Shown: positions 23,477 through 31,875 of the stretch, piece by piece
Numbering within the stretch: the first letter of the stretch is position 1
How the letters are laid out: the number at the start of each line of letters is the position of its first letter
Source of the DNA: a virus
Taxonomy: Duplodnaviria; Heunggongvirae; Uroviricota; Caudoviricetes
Length of the DNA: 33,552 nucleotides
IMG/VR virus record: IMGVR_UViG_2585427747_000002
Location: 1-33,552 of that record
Reading direction: 5' to 3' (one strand)
Position numbers and translations under genes: made by a program
The notes under the pieces: generated by a model
Seen by the model: only the letters and a program-made list of their open reading frames with translations
Database searches by the model: none
What the model was told of the DNA's origin: nothing

Positions 23477-23562
23477 AATTCCTTCCGCAATGAGTGCGTT
23501 ACGATTTGCACCTGAAAGTCGGTTCTGTTCCAGCAGACCGGCTTTCGCCATTTCTGAACCTG

Positions 23563-24102
23563 TCATATCGCCCCCAGCATGGTAGTAACCATCGCCATCA
23601 ATGGACCAGCCAGATCTGGGTCCACACGAAACATCGACACAATACCTTCACTAATTTCCTTCAGTTTCTGGTGGCGTGGTGCGTTGAGAATGACAGCCTG
23701 TTTTGCCTCACTGAGTTCCTTTTCCATTTCAGCCAACCTAGCCATGAAGCTATCCTGCTCAACCAGGTAACCGCGATATTCCAGCGGTAGTACCGCCAGG
23801 ATTGCCGGGGTCAGTTCACGCACGTTATTTCGGTATTTTTCAGAATCGAATTTGTTATCGAGGAAGCGGAACAGCTTCTGGCGTGCACGGCTGACATCAT
23901 CAGGGAAATCGATGGTGCCGCCGCCCTGCTCCCGATACTCATTCACAATGAGTGTGGCAACGACATCCTGATTATCTTCAGCCGACCAGGCGCGGACGGC
24001 ATCACGGATTTTTTCGTGGCCTGGCACCTGTTTTGTTTGAGAACGATTTATCACCGCAGTCGGGCTAAATCCGCTAGTCTGTTGGTATGTAAGTGGTTGC
24101 AT
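23563..24102 (-). CDS. cII-position regulatory protein (179 aa; much longer than lambda CII, possibly CP76/YdaT-like)
   Basis: Lies between cro and O; AAGGAG SD 7 nt upstream; lambda CII is 97 aa, so this is a different protein family in the same position. Family name is a guess. Confidence 0.5.
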   Translation of the reverse strand: MQPLTYQQTSGFSPTAVINRSQTKQVPGHEKIRDAVRAWSAEDNQDVVATLIVNEYREQGGGTIDFPDDVSRARQKLFRFLDNKFDSEKYRNNVRELTPAILAVLPLEYRGYLVEQDSFMARLAEMEKELSEAKQAVILNAPRHQKLKEISEGIVSMFRVDPDLAGPLMAMVTTMLGAI

Positions 24103-24146
24103 AATTGACTCCTTTAGTTTGAATTGACTGTTAAGTTGATTGCTTA

Positions 24147-24159
24147 TTGTTAAAGAGCG
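24147..24159 (-). promoter_or_regulatory. boxA-like element CGCTCTTTAACAA (nutR-like position downstream of cro)
   Basis: Minus-strand sequence matches the boxA consensus (CGCTCTTTAACAA, rrn-type); 13 nt after the cro stop. No convincing boxB hairpin found next to it. Confidence 0.4.
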
Positions 24160-24171
24160 TGAAATGGAAAT

Positions 24172-24402
24172 TTAAGCTGCGTTCTTTTCGGTGTGTGGAA
24201 ACAACTTCGGAAGATCCGGGCGAATCTGGTGTGCCTTCACTACTCCACCAGTAGCCGTAACAATGCTGCCGACATGTTCAGGGGATACCTTTGCTTTGTT
24301 GTGAAGCCACTTATAGACGGCCTGCTGTGAAACTTCGCAAGCAGCGCCCAGTTTCTTTTGTGAACCAACGATATTGATCGCTGTTTTAATAGCTGGGTTC
24401 AT
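24172..24402 (-). CDS. cro: Cro-like repressor (HTH)
   Basis: 76 aa, MNPAIKTAINIVGSQKKLGAACEVSQQAVYKWLHNKAKVSPEHV...; GGAGG SD; divergent from cI across an operator region. Confidence 0.85.
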   Translation of the reverse strand: MNPAIKTAINIVGSQKKLGAACEVSQQAVYKWLHNKAKVSPEHVGSIVTATGGVVKAHQIRPDLPKLFPHTEKNAA

Positions 24403-24506
24403 AACAACCTCCGTGGTTAATTTGAATCAAGATTAAAACTATGGTTGTTTTTAGTCAACAACCATTTTCGTTTGATGGAATAAAACCTTGGTTGTACATT
24501 TGAACT
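24403..24506. promoter_or_regulatory. Immunity control region: OR operators with divergent pR (toward cro) and pRM-like promoter (toward cI)
   Basis: Minus strand TTGACT-17 nt-TAATCT upstream of cro; plus strand TTGATG-17-TACATT ending 7 nt before the cI ATG (leaderless-type); palindrome ATGGTTGTT-N7-AACAACCAT overlaps the pR -35. Confidence 0.7.
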
Positions 24507-25196
24507 ATGAAAACAACACTCTCAGAAAGACTTAAAGAAGCCAGATTAGCGCGAGGCCTTACACAAAAGGCGCTTGGGGATTTGGTCGGGGTTAGCCAAG
24601 CTGCTATTCAGAAAATCGAAACAGGGAAAGCTAATCAAACAACTAAAATCGTGGAGATCGCGAACGCTTTGGGTGTGCGCGCAGAATGGTTATCTTCTGG
24701 CGTTGGAAATATGTCAGACAGTACAGTGCAACCAATACAACCAACTGTCAGCCATTCCAAATACTTTAAGATTGACGTTCTTGATATAGAAGTGAGTGCC
24801 GGGCCGGGTGTCATCAACCGTGAGTTTGTAGAAGTTCTACGTTCGGTTGAGTATTCGTTTGACGATGCTCGTCACATGTTCGATGGCAGGAAGGCGGAAA
24901 ATATCCGCATCATTAACGTACGCGGTGACAGCATGTCAGGAACGATTGAACCTGGTGATCTGCTGTTCGTTGATATCACGGTTAAATCTTTCGACGGTGA
25001 TGGTATCTATGCGTTTCTGTACGACGACACAGCCCATGTAAAGCGCCTGCAAATGATGAAGGATAAGCTGCTGGTTATCTCTGATAACAAGAGCTACTCA
25101 CCGTGGGACCCGATCGAGAAAGACGAGATGAACCGGGTGTTCATCTTCGGTAAGGTTATTGGGAGCATGCCCCAGACGTACAGGAAACATGGATAA
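24507..25196 (+). CDS. cI: CI repressor (N-terminal HTH, C-terminal LexA/S24-type autocleavage domain)
   Basis: 229 aa, MKTTLSERLKEARLARGLTQKALGDLVGVSQAAIQKIETGK... and C-terminal ...NVRGDSMSGTIEPGDLLFVD...AHVKRLQ... (Ser/Lys dyad context); not lambda immunity specificity. Confidence 0.9.
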   Translation: MKTTLSERLKEARLARGLTQKALGDLVGVSQAAIQKIETGKANQTTKIVEIANALGVRAEWLSSGVGNMSDSTVQPIQPTVSHSKYFKIDVLDIEVSAGPGVINREFVEVLRSVEYSFDDARHMFDGRKAENIRIINVRGDSMSGTIEPGDLLFVDITVKSFDGDGIYAFLYDDTAHVKRLQMMKDKLLVISDNKSYSPWDPIEKDEMNRVFIFGKVIGSMPQTYRKHG

Positions 25197-25262
25197 TCAG
25201 TACTGTGCTGATGAGTCGTTTAGGGGATAGTAAATTTAATTAGAATTAGACGAGAGCGATTT

Positions 25263-26126
25263 ATGGATTGTGACGCTTTACAGGATATAAAAATCTCTCT
25301 TAGGTATGACGGAAAAGATGCTTTAAATCATGAAATAGATTTGAACTGCCTAGGAGAATCCCTAAAGGGTTTTTCTAAAGTTCTCTCAACAGCAGCTTCT
25401 TTCTCTGTTACACAAAAATATAGTAAATACATTAATTATCAGGAAGTTAAGGTTTACGCACGCGAAGCAAAAGCTAACTGCTTTACTCTTGAAGCAGTTC
25501 TTAACTTCGCCACTCAGAACCAGTTGTTCTCGGGGATCGCCGCAACTATACTTGGCGCAATACTACAATATATTTTTGCGAGAAATTCTAACAAGAAAGA
25601 TGAAATGAAAGCTTTGCAGCAGTCACTTGAAAAGGCCATAGAGGCACTAGGAAACAAGGATGCTGGAACCATTGATAAGTTGATCTCTTTGATTGACCGA
25701 ATGGCTGTAGAGCTTCGCCCCTCTGTAAGGCAGGCAGTATCACCTATTGGTAATACTTGCGATCAGATAAGTGTTGCAACAAATGTTGACGGCTGCCTTC
25801 TAAAAGTTAACGAGAGAGATAAAGCTGAAATTGATAGGCTTGATGATGATGAAGTTCTCGGTCTTCGTGAGTATCGTGCTTTTCTTACAGAATTTGATGC
25901 ACAAAATATGACAGCTAAAATAATTTTAGATGGTGATGACTCAAAAAAGAGAATCACTGCTGAAATTAGCGATCCAGCTGCAGGAAAGAAGAATAACCCG
26001 TATATTAGAGCTCTTAGTGCATATATATCAACCAAAGGTGATCCATCTGCAGTATTCACTATAACCGCAAAGGCTACTGTTAAAAAAGGCCAGATAAACA
26101 GGTTATTTATTGTAGATGCGAAATGA
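25263..26126 (+). CDS. Hypothetical protein (287 aa), AT-rich, in the rexAB position downstream of cI
   Basis: [31 protein letters not shown]... with one central hydrophobic segment ([19 protein letters not shown]); gagag SD; followed by an intrinsic terminator; no family recognised. Confidence 0.7.
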   Translation: MDCDALQDIKISLRYDGKDALNHEIDLNCLGESLKGFSKVLSTAASFSVTQKYSKYINYQEVKVYAREAKANCFTLEAVLNFATQNQLFSGIAATILGAILQYIFARNSNKKDEMKALQQSLEKAIEALGNKDAGTIDKLISLIDRMAVELRPSVRQAVSPIGNTCDQISVATNVDGCLLKVNERDKAEIDRLDDDEVLGLREYRAFLTEFDAQNMTAKIILDGDDSKKRITAEISDPAAGKKNNPYIRALSAYISTKGDPSAVFTITAKATVKKGQINRLFIVDAK

Positions 26127-26129
26127 TTT

Positions 26130-26157
26130 CCCCGGCCGTCGTGCCGGGTTTTCTTTT
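26130..26157 (+). terminator. Intrinsic terminator after the cI-operon cargo gene
   Basis: CCCGGC-cgtcgt-GCCGGG followed by TTTTCTTTT, 4 nt after the stop codon. Confidence 0.8.
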
Positions 26158-26284
26158 GCCTCCCCTCATCACACAAACCGTTCAAAAAACCACCACGACC
26201 TCGCTTCAGTTATCGCTGTGCGATGCAAGTCACAAAATAAATCCATCCTAAATACAACCATTTACATCTAAAAAAACCAATAAA

Positions 26285-26326
26285 ACAACTTTTGTTGTTG
26301 ACGACAAAACAACTATAGTTTTAAAT
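26285..26326 (+). promoter_or_regulatory. pL-like promoter with OL operators
   Basis: TTGACG (26298-26303)-17 nt-TTAAAT, or alternatively TTGTTG-16-TATAGT; palindromes CAACTTTTGTTG (26285-26296) and GTTGTT-N8-AACAAC (26294-26313) share half-sites with OR. Confidence 0.6.
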
Positions 26327-26519
26327 AAATTCATCGCAACAACACAACGATACGGCAACCACCTGATTCACCGTTGCGATGACCGCTTAGATCCGCAGCT
26401 TGAATTTCAGCAGGCTCCGGGAAGTGCGAGGGGTGAAGCGGACGCGTGAACGTCGGTGTGACCAGCTGAAATCAACACAACACTTTATACCTCAGTCGCT
26501 TCAACGAGGCGGCTTAGTT

Positions 26520-26810
26520 ATGACAACCGGCGGCCATCCACCGCCTGAATACGCGCAGAAGTCTCTATATGTTCAGCAGCCCAGCTTACGGGCAGGAGTT
26601 TTTATGGTTCATCAACATTACGGAACGCAGACCGTTAATCGCGGTGCGGTCATGCCAGGAATGCTGGTCAAACACAAAGATGGTACCTGGACTGCATCAG
26701 CTAATTTACGCGGACGGCTTTATCTGCATCGCGGCATCGAGCGCACTTATACCCGTGACTTGCTCGTGGAAGTTTTTCTCGACGGGCGCGGCAACGGTCT
26801 GAATCACTAA
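26520..26810 (+). CDS. Hypothetical protein (96 aa) between pL and gam; start uncertain (alternative TTG at 26400 gives 136 aa with an Arg-rich N-terminus)
   Basis: ATG at 26520 with GAGG 11 nt upstream; the track ORF starts at a TTG at 26400 and would add RLREVRGVKRTRERR. No family recognised. Confidence 0.45.
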   Translation: MTTGGHPPPEYAQKSLYVQQPSLRAGVFMVHQHYGTQTVNRGAVMPGMLVKHKDGTWTASANLRGRLYLHRGIERTYTRDLLVEVFLDGRGNGLNH

Positions 26811-26885
26811 TCCCCTTTCCTGTTTACCTAATCAGCCTGGCATTTCGCGGGCGATATTTTCACAGCCATTTTCAGGAGTTCAGCC

Positions 26886-27182
26886 ATGAACGCTTATTAC
26901 ATTCAGGATCGTCTTGAGGCTCAGAGCTGGGCGCGTCACTACCAGCAGATCGCCCATGAAGAGAAAGAGGCAGAACTGGCAGACGACATGGAAAAAGGCC
27001 TGCCCCAGCACCTGTTTGAATCGCTATGCATCGATCATTTGCAACGCCACGGGGCCAGCAAAAAAGCCATTACCCGTGCATTTGATGACGATGTTGAGTT
27101 TCAGGAGCGCATGGCGGAACACATCCGGTACATGGTTGAAACCATTGCTCACCATCAGGTTGATATTGATTCAGAGGTATAA
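26886..27182 (+). CDS. gam: Gam, RecBCD inhibitor (short GamS-type form)
   Basis: 98 aa, [60 protein letters not shown]..., matches the C-terminal 98 residues of recalled lambda Gam. Confidence 0.93.
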   Translation: MNAYYIQDRLEAQSWARHYQQIAHEEKEAELADDMEKGLPQHLFESLCIDHLQRHGASKKAITRAFDDDVEFQERMAEHIRYMVETIAHHQVDIDSEV

Positions 27183-27187
27183 AACGA

Positions 27188-27973
27188 ATGAGTACTGCAC
27201 TCGCAACGCTGGCTGGGAAGCTGGCTGAACGTGTCGGCATGGATTCTGTCGACCCACAAGAACTGATCACCACTCTTCGTCAGACGGCATTTAAAGGTGA
27301 TGCCAGCGATGCGCAGTTCATCGCATTGTTGATCGTCGCCAACCAGTACGGCCTTAATCCGTGGACGAAAGAAATTTACGCCTTCCCTGATAAGCAGAAC
27401 GGCATCGTTCCGGTGGTGGGCGTTGATGGCTGGTCCCGCATCATCAATGAAAACCAGCAGTTTGATGGCATGGACTTTGAGCAGGACAATGAATCATGTA
27501 CATGCCGGATTTACCGCAAGGACCGTAATCATCCGATCTGCGTTACCGAATGGATGGATGAATGCCGCCGCGAACCATTCAAAACCCGCGAAGGCAGAGA
27601 AATCACCGGACCGTGGCAGTCGCATCCCAAACGAATGTTACGGCATAAAGCCATGATTCAGTGTGCCCGTCTGGCCTTCGGATTTGCTGGTATCTATGAC
27701 AAGGATGAAGCTGAGCGCATTGTCGAAAATACTGCATACACTGCGGAACGTCAGCCGGAACGCGACATCACTCCGGTTAACGATGAAACCATGCAGGAGA
27801 TTAACACTCTGCTGATCGCCCTGGATAAAACATGGGATGACGACTTATTGCCGCTCTGTTCCCAGATATTTCGCCGCGACATTCGCGCATCGTCAGAACT
27901 GACACAGGCCGAAGCAGTGAAAGCTCTTGGATTCCTGAAACAGAAAGCCACTGAGCAGAAGGTGGCAGCATGA
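27188..27973 (+). CDS. bet: Bet (Red-beta) single-strand annealing protein
   Basis: 261 aa, [66 protein letters not shown]..., matches lambda Bet. Confidence 0.96.
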   Translation: MSTALATLAGKLAERVGMDSVDPQELITTLRQTAFKGDASDAQFIALLIVANQYGLNPWTKEIYAFPDKQNGIVPVVGVDGWSRIINENQQFDGMDFEQDNESCTCRIYRKDRNHPICVTEWMDECRREPFKTREGREITGPWQSHPKRMLRHKAMIQCARLAFGFAGIYDKDEAERIVENTAYTAERQPERDITPVNDETMQEINTLLIALDKTWDDDLLPLCSQIFRRDIRASSELTQAEAVKALGFLKQKATEQKVAA

Positions 27974-28650
27974 CACCGGACATTATCCTGCAGCGTACCG
28001 GGATCGACGTGAGAGCTGTCGAACAGGGGGATGATGCGTGGCACAAATTACGGCTCGGCGTCATCACCGCTTCAGAAGTTCACAACGTGATAGCAAAGCC
28101 CCGCTCAGGAAAGAAGTGGCCTGACATGAAAATGTCCTACTTCCACACCCTGCTGGCTGAGGTTTGCACCGGTGTTGCTCCGGAAGTTAATGCTAAGGCG
28201 CTGGCCTGGGGAAAACAGTACGAGAACGACGCCAGAACCCTGTTTGAATTCACTTCCGGCGTGAATATTACTGAATCCCCGATCATCTATCGCGACGAAA
28301 GTATGCGCACCGCCTGCTCTCCCGATGGTTTATGCAGTGACGGCAACGGCCTTGAACTGAAATGCCCGTTTACCTCCCGGGATTTCATGAAATTCCGGCT
28401 CGGTGGTTTCGAGGCCATAAAATCGGCTTACATGGCCCAGGTGCAGTACAGCATGTGGGTGACGCGAAAAGATGCCTGGTACTTTGCCAACTATGACCCG
28501 CGCATGAAGCGTGAAGGCCTGCATTATGTCGTGATTGAGCGGAATGAAAAGTACATGGCGAGTTTTGACGAGATGGTGCCGGAGTTCATCGAAAAAATGG
28601 ACGAGGCACTGGCTGAAATTGGTTTTGTATTTGGGGAGCAATGGCGATGA
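27970..28650 (+). CDS. exo: Exo (Red-alpha) 5'-3' exonuclease
   Basis: 226 aa, [65 protein letters not shown]..., matches lambda Exo. Confidence 0.96.
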   Translation: MTPDIILQRTGIDVRAVEQGDDAWHKLRLGVITASEVHNVIAKPRSGKKWPDMKMSYFHTLLAEVCTGVAPEVNAKALAWGKQYENDARTLFEFTSGVNITESPIIYRDESMRTACSPDGLCSDGNGLELKCPFTSRDFMKFRLGGFEAIKSAYMAQVQYSMWVTRKDAWYFANYDPRMKREGLHYVVIERNEKYMASFDEMVPEFIEKMDEALAEIGFVFGEQWR

Positions 28651-28805
28651 CGCATCCTCACGATAATATCCGGGTAGGCGCGATCACTTTCGTCTACTCC
28701 GTTACAAAGCGAGGCTGGGTATTTCCCGGGCTTTCTGTTATCCGAAATCCGCTGAAAGCCCAGCGGCTGGCTGAGGAGATAAATAATAAACGGGAGGCGG
28801 TATGA
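28647..28805 (+). CDS. Small hypothetical protein (52 aa), translationally coupled between exo and the PAPS-reductase gene
   Basis: Sub-60-aa ORF missing from the track: [52 protein letters not shown]; ATGA overlaps at both ends. Confidence 0.45.
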   Translation: MTHPHDNIRVGAITFVYSVTKRGWVFPGLSVIRNPLKAQRLAEEINNKREAV

Positions 28806-30046
28806 ACGAGGCAGCAATAATTATTGTCCCAACAGACATCAGCAAGAAAATTCGCGAAATAGAAGAGTCCTACAACAGATATATAAATGAATTTCGCATC
28901 CCTAATGATCATAAGATAATCGTGAATTATTCAGCAGGAAAAGACAGCACTGCCACACTCGCAGTGGCGCACACATTATTCGGCAAACAGGTACATGCTG
29001 TTATGGCAGACACGGATAATGAGCATAATCTAACTGTCGAATTCGCCAGGAGCATTCATGAGCAGATCGGTTGTAGCCCTGTGCAGGTTGTGAAGCGGAT
29101 TTACACTGAAGAAGATTTTACCAAACGACGAATTTATCTGCAAAAAAACTGGTCTAAACGACAGATGATCCGCATGGGAGCATACCGTGGCATAGTCATG
29201 CCTTCCCTCGCACGTTCTGACACCAAATTCGGGCAAGCCTGGAAGCGCACAGCAGAACGCTGGGGAATTGAGTTCGAAACTGCTCTTGATGCTGCGCTTT
29301 CCGTTATGCACCCATCCGGTAATAGCTTTTTGGATTGCTCCCTTCTGCATGGCAAGTTCCCTATGCTGCGCGACCGATTCTGTACAGACGAACTGAAAAT
29401 TCAGATAGCTTTCGACGCAGCCATAAAGCCGCTCCTTGATGCTGGCGATGTTATCGTACAATGGTCTGGTGTTCGCGCGGATGAGTCCTCTAAGCGCGCT
29501 GGATATGAGAGGTTTTCCCGCGATATGCGCGACGCCGATTTTCTCTACAACTTCCTGCCGCTCCACAAATGGACGGCTGAGGACGTATTCGCAGTTCACA
29601 AATATTTCGGAATTAAGCCAAATCCACTTTATATGCAAGGTGCGTCTCGTGTTGGCTGCATGAATTGCGTGCTATGCAACAAAGAGGAAATTGCAGAGAC
29701 GGCTGCGCGCTGGCCAGAGCACATCAAAAAGCACAAACAATGGGAGTTGAAGGTACGCCTTGCTAGTAGATGGGTACACTGGATGAGCGTAGGAGAGATA
29801 AGCCAACGCTGGATGAAACAGTTCAATCTGCCACTTGGTCGAAATATTCAACTTTTTGGGCTAAAACCTGATGTGCAACACATCGACTGGTCAGGATTTT
29901 ATGGTCCTCGTGGAGATCTTAATTCTCCGGGTGTTTATGAAGTCGTAGAGTGGGCAAAAACAGGGCGCGGTGGCAAGGTCTACGATCTTGTAAAAGCAAG
30001 TCTCGATATAGAGGTTTGCTCTTCACGCTACGGTCTGTGCGAATAA
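28802..30046 (+). CDS. PAPS-reductase-family protein (PP-loop ATP pyrophosphatase fold; IbrA/DndC-like)
   Basis: 414 aa with PP-loop motif (…NYSAGKDSTATL… near residue 43); length and architecture resemble prophage IbrA as recalled. No ParB-like partner gene follows. Confidence 0.7.
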   Translation: MNEAAIIIVPTDISKKIREIEESYNRYINEFRIPNDHKIIVNYSAGKDSTATLAVAHTLFGKQVHAVMADTDNEHNLTVEFARSIHEQIGCSPVQVVKRIYTEEDFTKRRIYLQKNWSKRQMIRMGAYRGIVMPSLARSDTKFGQAWKRTAERWGIEFETALDAALSVMHPSGNSFLDCSLLHGKFPMLRDRFCTDELKIQIAFDAAIKPLLDAGDVIVQWSGVRADESSKRAGYERFSRDMRDADFLYNFLPLHKWTAEDVFAVHKYFGIKPNPLYMQGASRVGCMNCVLCNKEEIAETAARWPEHIKKHKQWELKVRLASRWVHWMSVGEISQRWMKQFNLPLGRNIQLFGLKPDVQHIDWSGFYGPRGDLNSPGVYEVVEWAKTGRGGKVYDLVKASLDIEVCSSRYGLCE

Positions 30047-30057
30047 TACTAAGTTAT

Positions 30058-30660
30058 TTACTCATTATTTTTTGATAATACAACTTTCTGCCAAGTTATC
30101 TGGTTACGTTGAAAACTATCTTTATTTATTGACGTAACTCGCAATGTTTTCAGACCTAACTGAGACGCTAACTCAAGAAGTTCCTCAGTATTAACAACGT
30201 TAATGTTTCTATCTGGTTCGGGAGGTCCCAAGCGCAATGTAATTATCATTCTCCCATTCAATGTTAAAAGATCAGTTAGCGTCTCTAGTGAGATTTTTTG
30301 CTCTTTTTTTGAAAGATGCATCCATACAGCACTGACTAAAATAAGGTCGAACTTTAGATTCATTGCTTTAACACTATGAAGAAAAGGCAATGAATCATCT
30401 AACCATATAATATGGTTAGATTTATAATATGAAGATGCCAAATTTCGCATCTTTTCACTTGGTTCAACAGCTATTACTTTATAACCTAATTCATCTAACG
30501 CAGCAGCATCACGGCCGGAACCTGAACCGACATCCAAAGAGACACCCTTAGATTGTAAAATAAACTCTTCAACATCCTGAAAGATAGAGTAAAAATCAAG
30601 TGATATATAATCGGCAAATAAGCGATCAGCATTATTGTCATAAAACTTCCACGAAGTCAC
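30058..30660 (-). CDS. Class I SAM-dependent methyltransferase (200 aa; small-molecule / TehB-like type), AT-rich cargo
   Basis: Motif I LDVGSGSGRDAAALDELGYKVIAVEPS and post-I acidic residue, motif DLILVSAVWMHL; overlaps the upstream membrane-protein gene by 4 nt (operon). Confidence 0.7.
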   Translation of the reverse strand: MTSWKFYDNNADRLFADYISLDFYSIFQDVEEFILQSKGVSLDVGSGSGRDAAALDELGYKVIAVEPSEKMRNLASSYYKSNHIIWLDDSLPFLHSVKAMNLKFDLILVSAVWMHLSKKEQKISLETLTDLLTLNGRMIITLRLGPPEPDRNINVVNTEELLELASQLGLKTLRVTSINKDSFQRNQITWQKVVLSKNNE

Positions 30661-31241
30661 TTTGATAATCCTGATTTTGCTTCGATAAATAATCCTGACT
30701 CAATATTTTTAATTGTTGCTTTGTATGTATTATGTGAAATGTCTTTTGAAAACAAGTTTGGATGATATACCCCAGCAATATTAACAAAGAAGCAAACAAT
30801 AAGCATTACTGCCCAGCACGACACTACTATGTAACCAGTTTCCTTATTATCATAGCTAGAGGGCAATTTAAATCCAGCGTCTCTAGTAATTTCATTTAAA
30901 ATATAGTTTTTTGAAGGGTCTTCAATGTTTTTTTGTAGTGCTATTTTCGAACCAATTAAAGACCTTAAGCGATAAAGTGTAATCATTGTTGTGAAATCAA
31001 ACAATGCTAACACTGCAAAGATAATCCATAGGGAACTTTCATTTGCCAGTGTTGTTGCATACCACAACCCACCATTGACAGCAATTACGAAACTAGGGAT
31101 TTGCCACATGAGCTGATTTAAAGCCCGCATGTGTTGTCCTGCTTCAAGATAAGTAATCTCCTGCAGCTTCTGATACCAACGGATTGCCTCAATTTTTAGA
31201 TTTTCGTTAATCTGTTGCTGTTGCTGTTGCTGATTTACCAT
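30657..31241 (-). CDS. Hypothetical membrane protein (194 aa, about 3 TM segments, N-terminal poly-Gln), AT-rich cargo
   Basis: Start MVNQQQQQQQINENLK... at 31241 (track ORF has an 18-codon upstream extension); hydrophobic segments IPSFVIAVNGGLWYATTL, LWIIFAVLALFDFTTMITL, YIVVSCWAVMLIVCFFVNIAGVY. Confidence 0.6.
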   Translation of the reverse strand: MVNQQQQQQQINENLKIEAIRWYQKLQEITYLEAGQHMRALNQLMWQIPSFVIAVNGGLWYATTLANESSLWIIFAVLALFDFTTMITLYRLRSLIGSKIALQKNIEDPSKNYILNEITRDAGFKLPSSYDNKETGYIVVSCWAVMLIVCFFVNIAGVYHPNLFSKDISHNTYKATIKNIESGLFIEAKSGLSK

Positions 31242-31507
31242 GTAATCCCTGCTCAACGAACTGAAACTTTTAATGATGCTATCACAACTTATCAAGAAGA
31301 TGAATTTCGTTATTTAAATTTAATATATCGGAGGCTTTTATCAGAACTTATACATAATACAAGCCCGAAGGCTGTCACCAGACAGGAGCATCAATAACAT
31401 TTGCCGTAGCGTACTGAAGAAGCACCGCGAAACGGTAACGCTGAGGGATTCACACCGACTCATTTAAGCCTGGCGATCGGCATGTTAAACGGCATCTTTA
31501 AGGAGCG

Positions 31508-31603
31508 ATGAACATGAAAAGCAAAATCATCAGGGAGCTACAGGCTCCTTTTTTATTATTCGCATTCACCCTCAAGCGTATTAACCAACAATTCAGAGAT
31601 TAA
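31508..31603 (+). CDS. Candidate small ORF (31 aa) with strong RBS upstream of the traR-like gene
   Basis: TAAGGAG 5 nt before ATG; MNMKSKIIRELQAPFLLFAFTLKRINQQFRD; contains the terminator-like hairpin at 31533-31556; stop is 6 nt before the next start codon. Confidence 0.3.
   Translation: MNMKSKIIRELQAPFLLFAFTLKRINQQFRD
31533..31556 (+). terminator. Terminator-like hairpin with T-tract upstream of the traR-like gene
   Basis: GGAGC-tacag-GCTCC followed by TTTTTTATT on the plus strand. Confidence 0.5.
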
Positions 31604-31609
31604 TGGAAG

Positions 31610-31828
31610 ATGGCAGACATCATTGATTCAGCATCAGAAATCGAAGAATTACAGCGCAATACAGCAATAAAAATGCGTCGTCTGAACCACCAGGCTATAT
31701 CTGCCACTCATTGTTGTGAGTGTGGCGATCCGATAGATGAACGAAGACGCCTGGCCGTTCAGGGTTGTCGGACTTGTGCAAGTTGCCAGGAGGAGATCGA
31801 ACTTAAGAACAAACAATGGGGACTGTGA
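31610..31828 (+). CDS. TraR/DksA-family C4 zinc-finger protein (RNA-polymerase-binding type)
   Basis: 72 aa with CxxC-N17-CxxC (CECGDPIDERRRLAVQGCRTCASC); same family as recalled lambda Orf73 / TraR. Confidence 0.8.
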   Translation: MADIIDSASEIEELQRNTAIKMRRLNHQAISATHCCECGDPIDERRRLAVQGCRTCASCQEEIELKNKQWGL

Positions 31829-31875
31829 TGGCCTCAAAGCAGCAAATTTCAACATCGTCCAATTGAGGTGTAAAA

